Source: the human T2T-CHM13v2.0 reference genome, Homo sapiens
Reading direction: 5' to 3' (one strand)
NCBI RefSeq assembly: GCF_009914755.1
Contig: NC_060928.1
Length of the DNA stretch: 64,000 nucleotides
This document shows, in pieces, positions 12,146-28,197 of the stretch. The notes below the pieces were generated by a model. It made no database searches. It was not told the origin of the DNA and saw only the letters and a list, made by a program, of their open reading frames with translations. Position 1 is the stretch's first letter. Each line of letters starts with the position of its first letter. Position numbers and translations under genes: made by a program.

Positions 12146-15100
12146 CTTTAGCAAATGTGAGGGGAAACTGGGTGTAAGATATTGCAGTAAGATTCACAAG
12201 GTATAGATTCAACTACATGACTGAATCAATAATGTACTTATACATCATGAAAATGAAAGCCTGGTTAAATTCAATTGTTCAGTGGAGGTTCTCCTGACTT
12301 TGACAGGAAATTCACCTATACATTGGTGCTGTTAAAATCTGTGAAAAGACCATATTTTACTTTCCTCAAAATGACAAACATAGTGTTGTTATAAAAGTTG
12401 ACTAGTAGCAAATGCTGCAAGGTAAATGCTTGTTAAAGCTGTGATACCAGTTATTACACAGTAGTTATTGGAAATGTATATGCTTTGGAGGCTTCTCACG
12501 GAGAACAAGCTAAAACCATTTAATCATTAACTCGCTTTCAGAGTCAGAGGCTTTTATTTATAAGGTATAATCATGCCAAATTATAACAGATCTTAAAAGA
12601 AGGGTTGTATCATTATTAAGACGTTAAAATAATCCTATTTGTAATTTATACTATTAGGTCAATTTAAGATTTATATTGCAGGGGATTCTGACAAATAGCT
12701 TCAAACTAACATTCATATTGTGCGAAAGTTTTAGAGGAAGAAAAACTAGTAATCAAATTTTAGAATCTTTTCTAAATGTTTTTCTAAGTCTTTTGATAAG
12801 GCCTATGACATTATTTCCTGTATTGAATTTATGTACCCATCATTAATAGTTGAAAAAAAGTATTATTACTTAGAATATTTTATAATATAATGATTAAAAT
12901 TAAAATACATGAGGGTTGATTATTTTACCCCCTGTGTGTGAGCCAATCCCAAAACTGATGGTTTCAGAGCCACTGAGGGCTGATTTGAGTTCCTCCACAG
13001 ATGTTATTTCCCTCAGTACTGTCTTATGTAAGATACAGGATTCTTTATGTGACAATATGGGGTGTCAAGTGGATGGATGGGAGACTTGCTTATGGCAGTT
13101 AAACAATCTCTTCCTTTTGAGAACCAGAAAAAGGACGTAGGGAATCCTGAATGTACAACAAAATGTCTGAATTTTGTATTCAAGTGATACCTTCTTCCAC
13201 ATCTTTCTAAGAACATAATTTAAACCACTGAAATGCAGAATAGTCTGAAATTATAGGAACATTGGCAGCTGCCTAGTACTATGCCTTTGGCAAACTTCCG
13301 AGTTATTTGCAAACAGACTGCTAAAGTTATTTTTGAATTAAGAAGATAACAAATTTTCTGAAAAAACCTTCAAGGAATATATTCAGTAAAATTTTTGGAA
13401 TTATAGGTTATGGGGAAATACACACTTACGGATTTTTCTGCATTTTGCATATAAAGTATGAGATTCATGTGAGGCTTACCGCCACATGATACAGTACCAA
13501 TTTTGGTAGAGAGTGTCCTTGGTTCATTAAGAGTTCCAGAACACCAGCTGGATCAACTTCAGTACTTTAAATGGTATAGTGTAATTGATTTAGTAACAAT
13601 GAACAAATGTTTATTTTTGTTTCTTTGTTCAACAGTGGTATCAGTGTGGTCTCTGCTGAGCCAGTTCTTGGTGTGATTTTAAGTATTGCCCCTGACCATG
13701 TAGCTCTCTGGCTTGGTTCTTTGGTATCCTAGATTCAGTGACATGGAGGTCTCATCCATGGTGCCGGAATTATGGAGTTAGAAGTCAAAATCATAGAGTT
13801 GAGGAATGTTATTTGCTTTGAAGATGATTTTTTGCTTTCTGAAAACAAAGTCACTTGCAGAAGATCTTTAGTAGGCATCTTATCCTCTAAATAATCCTAC
13901 ATACGTGATGTTGGGATGATTTCCATTTAAGCTGTATGGGACATTTGTTTGGTCACTTTTATAACCTGTAAGTCTGTTAGACTCAGAGACATTACTTTTA
14001 AAAAAATGTTCAAATTTCAAATTCTATATTGCTATCAAAGAAACTCTACTTAGAAAGTTTTTAAAAAATATTCTCAAAATCATGAGTTTCTTTAAATACT
14101 TGTAGCACTCTTTGTTGACATTTTGCCTATTGATATTTGCCTATCTCTGATTGCAAAAAAAAAAAAATACATCTTTAATTTCTCCAAGATGGTAAACTTC
14201 TTGGGAGCAGATAATTTTTTCTCACACTTCTTTATAGTTTCAGGATTATGCATAATACCTTGCACATATATGATTGGAGGATGAATATATGCATGTATAC
14301 TCTTTATGTATAAGTCTTAGCTTTGTTGTGTATTCCAATAACTCCTAACAGTAGACATTAATATTAATAATAATACAGGTAATAACATTGACTGCCAGGC
14401 ATTGTCTCTAGTGTGTTGTGTACATTATCTCTTTTGATATTCCTTTACTTTATCATTATTGATGACAAATTGAGACTCAGGTGGCTCATTTACTTGCCCA
14501 TAATCTTCATCCCCAGGCAATATTGCTTCTCATAGTTCCCGTAACAGTTCTACCTTCTCTACAGACCTCAAAGAATAATTTTTAAAATTCCTTTTTCTTC
14601 TAGCCCAAATCCTATTCAGGTCCAAATAAGCTGATTTTCTTAAAGTAGAATCCATGTAAAAGGTTTAAGATGGAATTTCTCACTTAATATTTTTTATGAA
14701 CTATAAATGTCCTGCAAAATGTTCAAAAAATGAAGGATATTCTGCTGTTACCACCAAGGAAATCTGGCTTTAGAATTTCCCCCTTATTATTTTCTCCACA
14801 AAAAAAATATAATTTTTAGTTCTCATATAAGAGAATTTTTTCTTTAGATACTTATTATTAATATATTCTCTAATTATAAAATCATTAAAATCGGAAGGAG
14901 CACTCTAAATAAAGCAAAATTGTCTTAAAAATGTTTTTTATTATTACAAAGCAAATTGGTTTATATAATGTATATTTTTACATGATAAAAAAGGTAAACT
15001 GGATCCTAGACTAGACACCATCATCAAACATGAGAAGCTAAGCAAAATTTTGGAGAATGGGTATGGTAAATTTCCCTTCCTTTTAGGAAAATATGACTTT

Positions 15101-15671
15101 TTTATAGAAGAAGGGAAGGGCTAGAAGTTCTCATGAGGCTCCTCAAGAAGTTTGTGTCTGGGGCGGTCAGTCTGCCTTGGAGCAAATTCCAGTGTCACTA
15201 AACTACAGCCCAGTAATAATATCTTGCATTCAGACCCTTAATTTTAAATTGTATTTTTATTTATTTAATCTCATTTATAATTATGTGAATCAACAATGAA
15301 TAGTCTCATTTTGGACATGGAAAAATTTGAGGCATAGGTAGGAAAACCAAAGTCTCATAACAATTAGTGATGAAGCCACAAACCTGTGGTCATTGGTACG
15401 GACACCTTCCTTCCAAATAATCCTAGGCATACCTCAGTCTTTCCCACTAAACTGTTGTACACCTTCTACTTGAATTAGGGAAGTCCAAAACCCTGCTTGC
15501 CTAGGCGCTTAGATGCTGCTATAACTAAGAGCCTTCCGCAAAGCTAGGCAACTAGTGAGTAAAGCGATTCAGGTGTACTGGGAGGGCGTATCCATAATCT
15601 GGGCTTCATACAACCATCCACCTCTTAGACTGTTCTTCAATCAAACAAAATTTTTAACATGTGTAAGACTT

Positions 15672-16012
<341 letters not shown>

Positions 16013-16647
16013 TCAATTCATTTTTCTTATCTGTCTCTACATTCTTCTACTTGTTCTTGGAATTTCTTGTTTCTGTCCTCTCATAAGGATTCTAGAAACA
16101 GATTTGTTTTCTTTTCATCTTATTTTAATATCAAGTGAGTTCAAATAAGATGTTCTTACTTGGCATTTTTGATATCTCACTGAAAATTTATTTCCATTTT
16201 TATTGGTTATTTTTGCCTGTTTTGTGATTAATACTCTTTTCTTTCAATCCTGAAAATATTGTTTCAAAAGAAGGCTTTCCTATTTATAACTCAAGGATGA
16301 TTAGGTGATTATTTTATTAGCTTTTGGATTTCTACAGACCACGACTATTAATTCCAGTTGTAAGATTATATCACCATTGGTTACACCCCCAGATTTATGG
16401 GGGTGCATGCACCCACTATATGCAATGATAAATGTCTTTTCAGTTGTGGCTTCCAATAGTTTTTTCTTCATTGGCCCTAACCCATTGTCACAGACAATGG
16501 AATTGAACTGTGAAGAGGAAGGAAACACACACAGTTGGTCAGCATGCCCATTACCTTGAATTGCTTCCATATGGTCTTAGAGCCATCCTTGGCTCTGAAA
16601 GCAAAAACTTGTAATGGAACATTCTGTTCTGTGACATATGCACAGAG

Positions 16648-16698
16648 ACACACACATACATGGATGCACACATATGCACACACACACATACACACACA
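16648..16698. repeat. Imperfect (CA)n microsatellite
   Basis: cacacacatacatggatgcacacatatgcacacacacatacacacaca. Confidence 0.8.
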
Positions 16699-16794
16699 GT
16701 GTATAAAGTGGGATCTATAGTCACAGATTTTTTTAAACAGGTTTTATTTTCAGGGTTTTCCCCCAAAATATATGCATATGGTTCTTTTTTCCTC

Positions 16795-17176
16795 TTTTTT
16801 AAAATTTAATTTAAATTTATTTTAAGTTCCAGGATACATGTGCAGAACATGCAGGTTTGTTACACAGGTAAACATGTGCCATGGTGGTTTTCTGCACCTA
16901 TTAACCCATCACCTAGGTATTAAGCCCAAAATGCATTAGTTAGTTTTCCTGATGCTCTCTCTCCCCCTGCCCCCTGACAGGCCCCAGTGTGTGTTGTTCC
17001 CCTCCCTGTGTCCATGCATTCTCATTATTCAGCTCTCACTTATAAGTGGGAACATATGTTTAGTTTTCTATTCATGTGTTAGTTTGCTGAGAATAATAGC
17101 TTCCAGCTCCGTCCATGTTCCCGCAAAGGACATGATCTTATTCCTTTTTATGGCTGCATAGTATCCCATGGTGTAT
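16795..17176 (-). mobile_element. L1PA 3' end
   Basis: ttttaagttccaggatacatgtgcagaac...ggctgcatagtatcccatggtgt. Confidence 0.9.
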
Positions 17177-17459
17177 CTTTCTTAATAAGGGTCTTGTTTT
17201 TTTTTCCATTGGGAGTATTACTATCTGTAATACAAATCCTTTGAAATTCAAATGAAGGCAGGTACTTGCATTTGACAAGGAATAAAAAAGAAGTCAGGAC
17301 ACTTGTGTTTTTGACTCTGAAAATCAGGCCACTGGGTGATTACAAATTTGCAGGGGCATCTGTGCTCCTCAGCACTCCAAGTTAAAGAAAATATGCTTTT
17401 TCCAGTTCTCTATATGCTTGGGAAAAAGATGAGAATCGATGTCTTTAAAGTTTTGCCCA

Positions 17460-17797
<338 letters not shown>

Positions 17798-18489
17798 CTA
17801 AAATTACTACTCTACAAAGCGTGCACACGCACACACACACACACACTCCCACATCCTAAAAGACAATAATATTTTCATTTATAATAAAGTAATTTTTCAA
17901 CTTTTGAAATAAAATTAATACAATTATATTTTGCCTTTATGCTCATTTATCTGGGGACAGATGGTATGGAAAGGCTGAATCCTGCTTGTCATTTTATTCT
18001 GAAATTTGAATGAATAATCGAAGACATCATCACATCTAAAATCTTCGGTAGATGTCTCATTTATTTATCACTACACAGGCCTATCCAAGTCCAATGTTAT
18101 TGCATTTTAAAGGAACTAAATTTGTAGTCAGTTAAGACTTGTAGGGAGAAAAGTAAATGGTCTCCAAGTTCTGTTAATAGAAATAGACTTCAAATTTTAC
18201 ATAAGAGTTACTTCTTTTTCTCCCCTTCTGAGTTAAAATGAAAGATAAGCTACTCTGGTAGTAAATGGTTAAAATAGTACTGTAGCATTCTGCTTCTTAC
18301 CTCAAATCTAACAGCATTAATGTGTATATTCCACAACAACTAAGAAGCTAGGTGAAACCATCAAGAACCAAAATGGTGATCCTTTGAGGCAAGGATCACA
18401 AAGCAAAAAAAAAAAAAAAAAAAAGAAGAAGTAAAAACATGACACGAATTAAACTTTCCAATAGAAACTGATTGGAAGTAATAATTCAC

Positions 18490-19180
18490 GCACTCACTCA
18501 CTCAGCAGGTATTTGGGCATCCAGTGTGTGCCCTCGAACACTTGCTAAGCCTACAATGATGAGGTGGGCAGGGGGCATGCGGAAGAAGACCTAGGAAGTG
18601 GTAACTGAACTTCTTTTATAAAAGAAAGTGTTAATGCGCACATCAGCGGTCAGGGGATGAAGTGTGCTATGGGCAAATACAATCATACATGCAAGAACCT
18701 AAAAGAAATGGGCTATCTGGAAGCTGAAACATCCAGGGGAAATGCAGTGTATGAAATGAAGCCTGAGGAAGAAAGTCAGATCCTGAAAGATTTTATGAGC
18801 CATATTAAGGTTTTCGTTCTAAGACTTGTATCCTAAGCCCAATATGAAGCTGGCTTGGGGGTGGAACAAGCTCAGGATTCTGTTTTGGATTCTGAAAACA
18901 TGACCCTGGTGCAGCTTGGAGAACAAGTCGAAGGGAGTCAGGTGCAATGCAAAGCAAATCATTTGGAGACCGTTGTCATGATCTACTCCATATAAGAGGT
19001 GATGTTAGCTTGGAATGGAGTAGTAGTGGTCTGGATGATGGAGAAAAGGGGACTGTTATAAGACTGATTAAGGACCAGTTTCAGAGCACTTGATGATGAT
19101 GGCCTATGGGAGGAGAGGAAGACGATAGTGTCAATAGATCTCTCCCTTGCCTAACAGTATAGATGGTAATGCAACACTAT
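18490..19180 (-). mobile_element. L2 LINE relic
   Basis: cactcactcactcagcaggtattt... followed by purine-rich L2-like sequence. Confidence 0.5.
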
Positions 19181-19207
19181 AATATAAAACAGTGCATAAA
19201 GACAAAG

Positions 19208-19510
19208 ATTTGTTTGTTTATTTTATTTTATTTTTTTTGAGATGGAATCTCACTCTGTCACCCAAGCTGGAGTGCAGTGGCATGATATAGCTCACTGCAG
19301 TCTCAAACTCCCAGGCTCAAGCAACCCTCCTACCTCAGCTTTCTGAGTAGCTAGGACTACAAACATGCACCAACATGCTGAACTAATTTTTTAAATGTTT
19401 TGTAGAGACAGGGTCTTGCTATCTCGCCCAGACTGGCCTTGAACTCCTGGGTTCAAGCAGTCCTTCCACCTCCACCTCCCAAAGTGCTGGGATTATAGGC
19501 ATGAGCCACT
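19208..19510 (-). mobile_element. AluJ SINE
   Basis: Reverse Alu with J-type ggctcaagcaa motifs. Confidence 0.9.
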
Positions 19511-19681
19511 TTGTTTCTGGTTTTGTTTTTGGTTTTGGTGAGGAGAGTAAGAGATCATGAATAGCATTTGAACTGCTTGTTATACATCCCTAAAAGAAAT
19601 ATAAGTGGTTATTACATCATTTGATGTAAATGGTTATTAAAGCAGTGGACTCGAATGAGACTGCCGGAGCAGTAAAGACAG

Positions 19682-20997
19682 TGAAGAGGCAAAGGGCATA
19701 CTTCCCCTTCATCCTCTGAAGGCTGGCTAAAAATCAACTAACAGAAAGGCAGATTAATAGGAGAAAAGGAATACAAATGGATTAACATACATGGGAGCCA
19801 TACAAAACTATAACAACTCAAATAAATGGCCAGATGATTGACACTTTTATACCATTTTGAGGATACAGAAAGAATAGGGGCCTGGAGCATGGCAAAACAA
19901 GTTATGGGAGGGGGAGAAGGCGAGGTCTAGCTAACAAAGGAGGTCTTGCTATATAGATGAAACCTCACCAGTAGTAGTAGCCCTTGGAGAAAATAGATGG
20001 TGAATGTTTCTTTCAGACCTTTGAAGATGTCAGACTCTCAGTTCACTTTTTCTAGATCCAGACAAGGGAGGGCCCACAGAGAAAGCCTGGCTGCATCAAT
20101 GCAGATTCTCTACAGATGCAAATCTCCCCCACAGGACAGCTTTGCAGGGCTACTTCTTTTTGTAGGCCCTCTGAACGGCCATCTCAAAATATGTCAAAGA
20201 AGAATATTTGTTATCGAACCAAACTGGGGCCCACTCGCCCTGTATAGCAATACCAGATATCCACACCAAGGTTTTCAGCGGGAGAAAGGAAGGTGTTTAT
20301 TGGCAGGGTGCCTAACAAGGAGGATCAGGCAGCTCATGCTTAAATCCTGACCTCCCTGATGGCTTGCAGGTAAAGATTTTTAAAGGCGGGGGTAAATTTC
20401 AGAAAGCAGAAGTTACAGGCAAAATTGTAAATCAAAACATGGAGGTTCCACATTGGTTTTGGCCTAAAAGGTCAGAGTATCTTGAAGCGGAGGACTTACA
20501 GGTCACAGATTTTCTGATTTGCAGTTGGGTAAGGAAGAGAAGCTTTGTTTAAAAATGTAGGGTCAGCAGAAAAGAATGTTAGCCTGGGTTCATGGGCATG
20601 ACTTTTTTCAGGCCCCTCAGGAGGAAGTGTAAAACAAAGAATGTTGGCCAGAGTTCAGTCCTCCGTTCCCCCTTACCAGGGGCTTCTGTGCCAGCAGATC
20701 TATTTGGTGGGGGTCTGGGTTTCTGAGACAGAACTCAGAGACATATGTTAAGATGTTAGCTTTTGTGCCTATAGGGGAACCAAACATCTTGTGATTCTAG
20801 CTTCCTTGGCTGCTATTACCTTCTTGCTCATCAAGTTTCTTATTTACTTCTCAGGGTTAGCTACATGCCTGGAATTCCCCTTGAAGGAACTCAAGATTTT
20901 CCTTTATTTCTATGCTTGGGGAGCCTGCAGGTCCCTAAGAGGGGATCCCTGCTCTGTCTTCTATTTTGGGGATAAAATATTTTGGTTTCCTTTACCA
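19682..20997 (-). mobile_element. ERV1/MER4-group solo LTR interrupted by a second LTR (20209-20961)
   Basis: gatgcaaatctccccc..cagctttgcagggc..tcaaaatatgtcaaagaa motif is split and resumes as tattttggggataaaatattttggtttcc; 4-bp TSD TATT around the inner LTR. Confidence 0.75.
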
Positions 20998-21249
20998 GCA
21001 AGAGATAGAAGAGGGTTTATGTTTTAGGGACAATTTTCACATTGAAGAAAATAAGATGAAGAAAATTTGAGGCATATGTCAAAAAAACTGAAAAAGTTAT
21101 AATAATTGACCAGAGGACTTTGGGTCCTTAGTATAAAATGAGTAAAAAGTAGCAGGCTTGGAAGAATTAAAATGAGAGCTAATCAAGTCCAGTGATATCA
21201 GCATTTGATTTAAACCTGGACTGTCTTCAGTTTAGCACTGGTTAGAAGC

Positions 21250-21490
21250 AAGAATCCAGAGTCAGATAAACTAGATTTAAGTACTGCTTCCATCACTCAC
21301 TAGCCTTGTGACCTTGGACAAGTTATCTCCCATTTCTGTGCTTCAATTTGCTTATCTGTAAAACAGGTAAGGAATAATTACAGTACATAAAATTGAGTTT
21401 TTGTGAGGGTTGAAAGAAATAATTATGTAAAACGCTTAACACAATCCTTAGCATATAGGGGCACTCTACGTTAGTTGCTGTTGTTATATT
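21250..21490 (+). mobile_element. MIR
   Basis: tgtgaccttggacaagttat...cttatctgtaaaa core. Confidence 0.75.
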
Positions 21491-23254
21491 TATTATTTTC
21501 ATTGTTAGCTTCATGAGCATGGGAAGGCTATTATACTACCTTTGTGGGAAGCACGAGATCAGTTTTTGTTGGTTCTTTAGGTCCTGAATTACTTTCCCTC
21601 CCTATTTATTAGATTTATTGATTCTTAGGAATAAGAGGACAAGGAAATCTAAATTCATTCAAATAATTCAAATCTAAATTTGCATTCAAATAAAGAATAT
21701 TGCACTCAAATAAAGAATATCAGAAAGAAGCAGAGGAGAGCAGTGGAAATAAGTATTGCTCAACAAAATCTATAAGGACTGTTGATAGAAACCTGGTAAC
21801 TTAACTGATGGAGAAGAGAGATGAAGAATAAACCAAATTCTATACATTCAACTGTATCAAGATAGTCAGATCAGAGATTTGGAACTTCTATTCACAGACA
21901 ATTATAATCTGCCAGACTAGGAAAGGATTCTTGCATCAATGTGAGCACAATGTATCGAGCTAATGATAATTTGTGCATCATTCTTGTTCATAACTCACTA
22001 ACATTTGACAATTGGACCAGGTGCAAAGGCTTGAGAGGTGGCAGCTCTTTTCCTTCTTTCACGTAATGTGCCATTGATTAATAATCAAACAGCTTGCATT
22101 TTGGAGTAAGTCTCCACAGACAACATCATCTAAGATGGATGTTTTGGTGTTCTTCCTATTTCTTGAAGTTTTTTTTAGAAAGATCTCAACCTTCTAGGTT
22201 AGCATTGTGCATTGTGTTTTGACCAAAAATTGTGGAAGCAATAAAATGTAGATAGTGTTTTAACTATTTTGAAGACAACTTTTCCGTAAACAAATGCAAA
22301 TATTTTGCTTTACTTGGGGGGTGTGAGAGCCTCTTACATTCTTCACATATTATACTCTTAACTAAATCACTTCAGTGTATAACTGGAAGGGGCTATTAGA
22401 GACATTGTGTCCATAACACTTATTACAGGAATTTGAAATTCACAGGGTCAAGTGTCTCATCCAAATTTGTGTCTTCTGATATCTGGCTAAATACTCCATA
22501 TGTTTGTAACATGAATATATTCTATTTTAAGCAATCAAAACAATGCAAAAGTATATGGAGAACAAACCTAATTCTCCATTCCCAACTTTCAAGTACAATG
22601 GCCTTTCTCAGAAGTATTTTTTTTGTTCCTTTCTATACAGTTAAATTCTCTTTATGCTATATTATCTTGCTTTATAAACAATTACATCTTTACTGCTCCT
22701 TAATGGAGTTCTCCAGTTATATATGTCTAAAATCCTGAAAAGCGTGACAATATTTATTGACAATATTTTATTACAGCTTAATACATAATTTGCATAGATG
22801 TCAGGCATTGCTTTCTTCATTTTATACAGAGGAAACTGAGAGTTTAGGTAACTGCCTATGTACCAAAAGTGATTTGATTTAAACCCCAAACTTTGATTAA
22901 TTACATAATCATTCTTGAAAGATGAAAATTGTAATCTGTATTATATCTTATTTTTTTCAAAGTTTTCATATTTGGTGCAATTACTAATAACTTTTTTTCA
23001 GATATTATTCTTTAGTGTTTATTTCCTTTCTTAATTGGGAAGATATGCAAAGCCCAGTAATTGACTAAACATGGTAAATATAAATTTGAATGCATGTACA
23101 ATACAGTTAGCTATAGCTATTAATACCTATCTATGTGTAATAATTGGAATCCTCTGGTTATTTCTACTCTTTATTTCTACTCTTAAAGCTATGAAGAAGA
23201 AGTTTTTAAGACTTTAAAATGGCCAGCGATCTCTTTTGACATTGACTGAGGTAG

Positions 23255-23520
23255 GCAGCATAGTGAAATGGATAAGAACGCAAATTCTGAAGCTAGGTGG
23301 TCAAATCCCAGAGGTCAAATTTCAGCTCTTCTGCTTTCTACTCATGTAACTCATGAGCTATTCTGCTTTCTACTCATGTAAATGTGTCTCAGAGTTCTCA
23401 TCTGTGATAGGGGGATCATAATAACAGTACCTTCAGCAAACAGTTGTTGTGAGATTAATCCATGTTCGGCATTTAGAACAATGCCTGGCAATTCTAAGAG
23501 CTCAATGACTGTTAGCTGTC
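23255..23520 (+). mobile_element. MIR with internal ~32-bp duplication
   Basis: cagcatagtg...tcatctgtga; ttctgctttctactcatgtaa occurs twice. Confidence 0.7.
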
Positions 23521-24499
23521 ATTGTTACCAAATTCAGCACTAGTGCAGCCATGCAAGACCAGCCATTCTGTATGCCCACTGCTGCCTTTTCTTGGCACAA
23601 TGAAGAACATAACAAAGTCAGTTTGTGTGACTGGCTTGTTTCACAACCTCCTTAGAACACTGTCAATTTGAGTATATGAAATTGCATTCACCTAAACACA
23701 ATGCCTAAAGACCCTTAAGTAATTTAATTGTTAAAACACTTATAGTATAGACATTGATCTCCTACTGAGACTTGAAGCTTCAAGCTAATGGGAAAAAGAA
23801 TGAAGATTCTCATCTTAGATAGTCTGGATGGTGAAAATAGAAGTCCAACTAACAAAATGTGTTTTAACCAAATATTATTTTTGAAAATCACTTTCAGAAG
23901 GTAATTCTAAGTCTGGAAAATTCTAAATGGAATATCACAAACCTAAAATGTATTGTGTTTACATTTGCTTGTGTCATAATAGTAAAATGATTTTTGAAGT
24001 GTCTATAATATAATATACCTTAGAACAAAGTATCAGTGAAGCTAAAGTCACAAGTTTAAAAATGTGAAGAACCAATTTTAAGCTGCTATTTAAAAGATAT
24101 CTAATGTTCTTGATTATATGGGCTAGGTTTCTATAAATGTAAAGTTCCATGCAACACCTGCTATTTGGGCAAATACTATGTGGGCAGCTGTCTCAAATAT
24201 AAGTCTTGAGAAGGGCTAATAGGTCATACTTTTATGGGTCAGTGTAGTGTTCCCCTATAATATAAATCTTTGATTCAATATTTTAATATTCAAGTGATTC
24301 ATTAATATATGCAAATAATTTACATTGATTTAATTTAAATTTTAATCTGCAAATATGCCCTCTGGAATCAGCCCGATATTCCTAGTTGGCTAGTTTTAAA
24401 ATTTTAAAATTAATTCCAGATTAAATAGATCAATAGATTAAATGTTAATAATTGTTGAAAAGCATCCAACTAGGAATATCAGGTTCTTTGCAGAGGAAA

Positions 24500-25245
<746 letters not shown>

Positions 25246-25959
25246 GCCTGTTGCTTATAATATTCAATACCATGAATCACAGAATTGTTTTGTCATGGTA
25301 TTTGACTAATATTTTCTTCAGCCTAAAGGTTGACATGAATCATTCTGTAAAAAATTTATTACTAAGAGTATTAAGCAGCAAGTTTTTATGTATGAGCATG
25401 GTAGGTTAGGACTTTAAATATCCTATCTGAAATTAGACTCGTGAGGCAAAGGTCAAGGCATCAGAGGGTGCTTGCATGACTAACTTCAACTATATTTTTT
25501 ATTCTTTTCAAATCACTGGGAAATTTTTGTGTAATAATTTTGAAATGCCATGAAATCATATCACTGTGAAAGTACACATCATTTCACTTACAAAAAGTGG
25601 CCCTTTAGAATGGTGGATTTGCAGGAATCAAAACACATGTGAACCAACAATGTCATCAAAAGACATTTATTAACTATTTTATTGTACAGGAGACTCTCCT
25701 GTATGTTGTCTGAACATAACTGGGTACAATCTTTTAAATCATACCCCTTAAAAATGTTATGTTTAAATAACATATTAACTGGAAGACATGAATAGCAGGA
25801 AACATACATAATATAATAAAACCTTCACATTAAAATAAAAAACAACATGGGAGAGCAAAATAAAGACATTACTAAGTGAGGTAAATGCAGGAGCAGGGCA
25901 AATCCCACTCTACTTCTGAACAGGAGAGGAAAGGCAATGAAATATGTTTCATTAATCCA

Positions 25960-26120
25960 CTATTTGTGTGACCTTGGGCTTATTACTTAACCTCTTAGCG
26001 ACTCCATTCCCCATCTGTAAAGAAGGGATAATAGTATTTACTACAGAGGGTTGATATAGAGATTAAATGGGTTAGTACACTTATAATGCATGTAATAAGT
26101 GCAATATAAATGTTAGCCAC
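25960..26120 (+). mobile_element. MIR
   Basis: tgtgtgaccttgggcttattacttaacctct...catctgtaaagaagggataatagta. Confidence 0.8.
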
Positions 26121-28197
26121 TTTTCTAATCATTAGATATATTTGTATTATCTACTTAAGTTATTGAAGAAATAAATTGACTGGAGTTGAGAACAATATTG
26201 CCCAAAATGGCTAATTCTCCATTGAGACTGAGAGATTACTATTTTCTGGAGTGGGGAGTGGAGAAAAGATTGTACAGAAGTTTCATCTTTTGTGATTAGC
26301 AGCATATTAACTTTACCTTGGTATAACATAGTTTTGGAACACAGGGCCTGAATGTGAATAATTAGAAAAAGCATTTGCTACAAACAGCCAGAAAAAAATG
26401 AATATATTCATTAACTATATACCATATGCCAAGCACTGTTCTAGCTCTGAGAATGCAACAATACAGTCTTTGCTTTGCTTTCTTAACTTTTGGTAGTTAA
26501 ACAGTTAAACTAAAAACACAAAAACAAAAACAAAAAAACCCACTTTTTTTCTTGTGTTATCTTCATCTACAATTTTTCTATCTTCTATTATTTTATCATA
26601 ACTAATATTTTTAATTCCAGTATTTACTTAACAAATTTATTTATACACAACTTAATAAGGAAAGGTATTATTTGTCTCTTCTTATACATGAAAAGCACAT
26701 TTTGAAGGCTGAAAATAAAGGATTATCTGCTTAGAAAGAGCCTTTTTTCCCAACTGTTAAATCGGGCTACTCTGTCATCATTTTCTTGTGGTATTTCAAG
26801 TTTCAGATTCTAAATCTTCCACCTTACACTAGGAGCAAGCATTTCTGGCATAACTATTTCATCACTAATATTTATCATCATCTTTCAATTGACTGAGAAA
26901 ATGACTAAAACAGTATAAATCTTCATAAATTATTTGGCAGTTTATTGTTACCTCCTGATTTTATAGTCAAGAACTGTTTGAGGCCAAGCTACAGAATACT
27001 CTCAGCAACCTCAGACAATAAACACTTTCTCGAAGCCTATGCGTAGCACAGTTTATAATGCCAGGAAGGGGAAGCACTATATATTGACATATCTCATTCT
27101 AATTTTAGACTTTTAAAGGTGCTTACATCTAAACACCCTGATTCTTTACTTAGAAGAATTGGTGAATACTCACTTGCCATAGCTAAAAGAAAGATAAGGA
27201 GGTAAGAATCCTGTTGATTGCCAATGAAATGCCTTATGAAGGCAATTAGGCCTGTTAGGGCATCATCTTTTGAAAGCACAATAATAAATATCATTTCAGA
27301 GGCCAAAATAATTATTGTTTTGTGCAGTCTTGCTCCAGTAAACACATCTAACAGATCATCCTTATCAGTTTTTGGGGGTACATTTTGAAGCCAATATACC
27401 CAGGAAGAACAACACTCAGAACATATTTTTGTTTAAAATCTGGCTCTGAACACAAGTATAACGAGTGGGCAGAGCATACTTAGGTCCTTTTAAGTAAGAG
27501 CTTTGAGGAGCAACACCTTCCCTTAAAGTTATTGGGGCCCAATTTGTAGCTTTTGTACTTTGGGATCAAGAATTTTATCCATCCAGATTTTTAAGGCAGT
27601 TCAAACACTATTTTTTTTTTTAAAGGAAAGGCTTGCTATAGAACGTCTTTGTTGGAATGAGGCAGCTTCTGTGTCAGTAAGGGTACATCACACTCTACAA
27701 TTTTCACGATTTGCATGAATCAACCTTGCCACATCATATGCTAATCAGAGCTTATTCCTCTGATGAAAACTTACCTTCATTTAATAGTGATTCTTCCCTC
27801 GACACATATGAGAATTCTTCCAAAGAACAGCCACCGGTACACTAGACAGCCAACTGTGTGTTCTCTGTCCTTTGTATGAAATCATCATTCTAGATGGCCA
27901 AAAACAAAAAGCAAGTTCTCCTTTATCAAAATATGAGAACTCCCATCTCTATCACATTTCCCTTTTTTCTGTGGCTGCCAAAAGCCCAAGTGTTCAATTA
28001 TTGTACCTCGTTCATTCTGAGTTCTGGTTACCACCACTAGAGGACTACAACTAAAGTTTGTTCGGGGTTGCACTTATAGCCCTATCTTGACTGTAGATAT
28101 ATATTTTAACCATATATATATAAAGTGTTTCAAGTAGCCTTAAATTTTTGAATGTGAATGTATTTCAAGGTATAAATTATAACTAAATACTCCAAAG

